DNA from: Monocercomonoides exilis PA203
Lineage: Eukaryota > Protista > Preaxostyla
Direction: 5' to 3'
Assembly: GCA_001643675.2 (NCBI GenBank)
Contig: LSRY02000002.1
Coordinates: 2,480,001-2,544,000 of the forward strand
Length of the DNA: 64,000 nt
Shown here piece by piece: positions 60,834 through 64,000 of the stretch (its first letter is position 1; each line of letters begins with the position of its first letter). The notes under the pieces were generated by a model that saw only the letters and a program-made list of their open reading frames with translations, was not told where the DNA came from and searched no databases. A program made the translations under genes and the position numbers.

Positions 60834-63800
60834 ATGTCTGAAGTGCCTCTAGAGACATCTTCGGTTGGGGTTTCAACCATAAAAAAACCAATAATGCTAT
60901 CACGAATGAAGCGGCGTGAAAGTCAAATGATTTCTGCTTTTGGAAACTCTGTTTGTAAAGTGTTTTTTATTAAAGTTTTAATTTTTTTCTGTTTGTTTTT
61001 TATGTGTAAATTTGTTTATGAATGTTTTTATTTTTGTTTTTTGAACTGTCATTCATTTGTTATTTATTGAAAAAAAAAAAGAATATCTGTCAAAATTCAC
61101 TTGCAGCACCGAGTGAACAAACTTCATCTGAGTTTCGAAATAATATTCTTCCATCATCGCAAGAATCTATCATAGAATCATCAAAGCGTCCAGTGTTTTT
61201 ATCTGATATGAAGCAAGGAAATGAAGGAGCTGGAACAGAAACTAAATTTTTTGGACGCTCCTTTGATACAATGGTTCCATCTGCTTTTATGCAACAAGTC
61301 CTTGGAGTGAATTTAAAAAGAAGCGAAAGCATTAGATTATCTCAACAAAAAGAAATTGAAGAAAATGAAAAAATAGAAAAAGAAATAAAAGAAAGACTTA
61401 AAAAAATGGAAAAAGAGTCGTTTGAATGCTTAAATGAGAAAGTGGAAAAAAGAGGAAATGAATTATTTTTTGGTACTCAAACGGATCCTTTAATTTTACA
61501 AATGCGTCTGCGGAATACCTTGACGCAGGAAACTCTTTTTCCTTCTGTTTCTTTTGGGCGTGTCACGGCTATTGGAGCCCGTAATAAGTTGTCTTTACAA
61601 CAAAATCCTTTTGTGGTACCTCAATATCATGCAATGCTTCCGATGATCTCAAACAAAGAGATGAACGACAGAAGAGCGAAGGAAAAAGAGAAACTAATGG
61701 AGGAGAACAAACGAAAAGTTGTGATTGCTGGATTGCAAAAGATGCGATGCAAGTCAAAAGATCGAATAAAAGTCAATTTGGACATGAACACTAACGAAAA
61801 AATAGGTCAATTTCAGACAGTGGATCAACTCCCAAATGTGACAAGTGCGAACATTACAACTATTTCATCAATGGGCCAACATAAAATCGATATGAATACG
61901 TTTCCATTGAACAACAATCAGACTTCAACCAAATACAAAAACGGTATTCGGTCGCTGCTTTCGCAGATGGTGTCACAAGATCAGCAGGAAGAGTATCAGA
62001 ATTCTTTGTCACTCGCACTTCACACAGAGATGCCTGAAGAAGCATCCAATCAGATAACACCTCAAAGCCAATCTCCTCTAAATGCTTATTCACCTGCATC
62101 TGGTTTGTTGTGTCCAGCCAACGGGCATGTCATTTCTTCTTCATCATCTTCTCGTTCTCCTTCACCCTTCCCATCTCCATCCCCTTCTCCTTCCCCATCT
62201 CCTTCGCCTTCTCCTTTGAGTAATTATTCCCACATCTCTAATGCATCTGCTTCATCTGCTTCATCTTCTTCATCGACGCCTGACTCCAGCAGCATCTGTG
62301 CTTCAAGAGGCCTGTCTCCGTTTGCCAGTCCAAAGTACTGCGACTCCTTTGTGTGTGCAATGCCCATCACTCCTTCAGTCGCTGACAGACCAGCAAACAG
62401 CCTCTCTCCTTCATCAGCACTCGCACAGGCATCCCTGTCGCTGAGCAACTTGTCGCTGCCTTCTCAGTTCTCTGCTTTCCAGCCGGCAAAATCACTCCTT
62501 GACTTCGGGCGGAGAAGGCTTGACGAACAGAATGGCTCAATCGGCATGTACTCAATCAATGAAAATGATCCTGATTCTTCATCGGATCAGCTGCAGTCTG
62601 CTTCAAATGGGAATTCTGTAGCGCCTTCTGCTCCTTCTCTTAATTCTACAGACACACAATTCACAGTTCATCGTCATCTTCTTCTTCCTTCTTTTTATTC
62701 TGCTCAGTCAGAACAGTCAACAATTGTAACAGAGACTCAGCCATCAGCTTCTTCTGCCAAATCAACTTCTTCCTTTGCCACTTCTCTTCCTTCTCAAACA
62801 TCTTCTGATGTCTCAAATGCAACTTCTGCTATTGTTTCTAGTTCTCCTTCTTCTTCTGCATCTTCTGCATCTTCCAGTTCATCAACCACAGTCAATTCTG
62901 TTCCGTCTTCATTGTTTGATGTTTCTTCATCGAAAGCTCAGAAGACACAGCTGCGTTCTTTGCTGGATTATTCATCTGCCAACCACTCAAAAAATGAATC
63001 TCCAGCAATTCTGCCAGCCTCTTTGGTTGCATCTGCCTCAAATGACAGCACAAACAGAGATGTTCTGTCTTCGCCCGAGCACAAGTCTTGTTTTCTTCCT
63101 CCGCTTTCGACTTCTCCTCCTCTTCCATCAGACATTCACACAACTTTCACGTCACTCTCCCCTTCTCCTTCTCCCTCTCCACAAAGCCCTCAACTTTCCA
63201 CTTCGCCTGTGCCAGTCGGCCTGCCTTCTTCTTCATCGCCTGCCATTCCTCTGCAAAAGTCCCCCAGAAACTCTTCTGTTCCCAATGGCTTCGCAGAGCA
63301 TTCTGCAAAAGTCGCAAAAAGAGCTCTTCCGCCACTCCGCCGCCGGCCGTCGTCTGTCGCCTCGTCTTCTCGTCTCATCGCTCCTTCTGCCAAAAGCTGC
63401 GTGTTGGCTGCTGCTGACTGCACGCACGATGACAGCAACGCACGCGATTTATCGAATGATGGAGTATTTTCTTCCTCTTCGTATTCTTCCTCTTCATATT
63501 CTTCTTCTTATTATTCATCTGCTGCTGCTTCTTCTACTTTGTCTTCTTTTGGCCATCTTTCGTCTTTTCCCTCTTCCTCTGCTGCCAACATGTTTGCCCT
63601 CCATTCCTCTCTCATTCTTCCGCCTTCTTCCAAAAACACACACAACTTCGCTCATCCCAAAGACACCCCCTTTTTCCTTCGCCCAAACACAAAAGGACGC
63701 TTTCCGCGTTGTCTTTCAACAGCAACTTCTTCTTCCTCTTCTGTCAATCTTCCTCTGTTTAGCATCAGCAGCACACATCAGCCTCATCTTCCTCATCAAC

Positions 63801-64000
63801 CCCATCTGCCTCATCTGTCTCAATTGCCCCATTTGCAGCATCTTCTGCCCACTGCCTCGTCATCCGCGTTCTTTCCGCCGGTTTCGCTCGCAAAAGGAGG
63901 AGATGTGCTGATGCAAACAGGCTCCTCTGCATCGGCGGGGACTTCTCAGTATTTGTCTGCCTTCACCCGCCATTCAATGCATTCACAGCATTCGTCGCAT
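60834..64000 (+). CDS. Ser-rich hypothetical protein, 3' end outside window
   Basis: ATG 60834, phase-0 intron ~60951-61081, then an open frame (NICQNSLAAPSEQ...) running into a long Ser-rich tract; not in the ORF track, consistent with no stop in the window. Confidence 0.75.

Noticed and set aside
62775-63911. 378-aa Leu-rich ORF in the track
   Set aside because: Frame-shifted shadow of the Ser-rich (TCT/TCA) coding frame that runs off the window.

Overview
Gene-dense, AT-rich eukaryotic (protist) genomic DNA. It has short GT-AG introns (about 43-130 nt), uses the standard genetic code (genes end in TAA, TAG or TGA) and encodes many Ser/charge-rich low-complexity proteins. The giant beta-helix/TM/degenerate-kinase gene and the overall style best fit an oxymonad such as Monocercomonoides (inference). 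There are about 16 protein genes. Recognisable ones are a giant HECTD4/MYCBP2-like protein (runs off the left edge and is missed by the ORF track), LENG8/Thp3, a capsular-polysaccharide-synthesis/GT32 glycosyltransferase, AP-2 alpha adaptin, ASPL/TUG, RGP1, a prokaryote-type AmmeMemoRadiSam radical SAM enzyme with two introns, an M1AP-like protein, MOK/LF4 kinase and a ~4077-codon receptor-pseudokinase split by a single in-frame TAG. Several hypotheticals and a tRNA-Pro(AGG) complete the set. Two non-coding signals stand out. (1) Two ~490-bp non-autonomous DNA transposons (GG...CC TIRs, perfect 8-bp TSDs, Merlin-like) have divergent TIRs and bodies but keep telomere-box-like motifs at nearly identical offsets, and each sits ~85 bp upstream of a start codon. 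(2) A 342-bp near-perfect fold-back with 157-bp arms has mismatches that are mostly G:U-compatible on the + strand.
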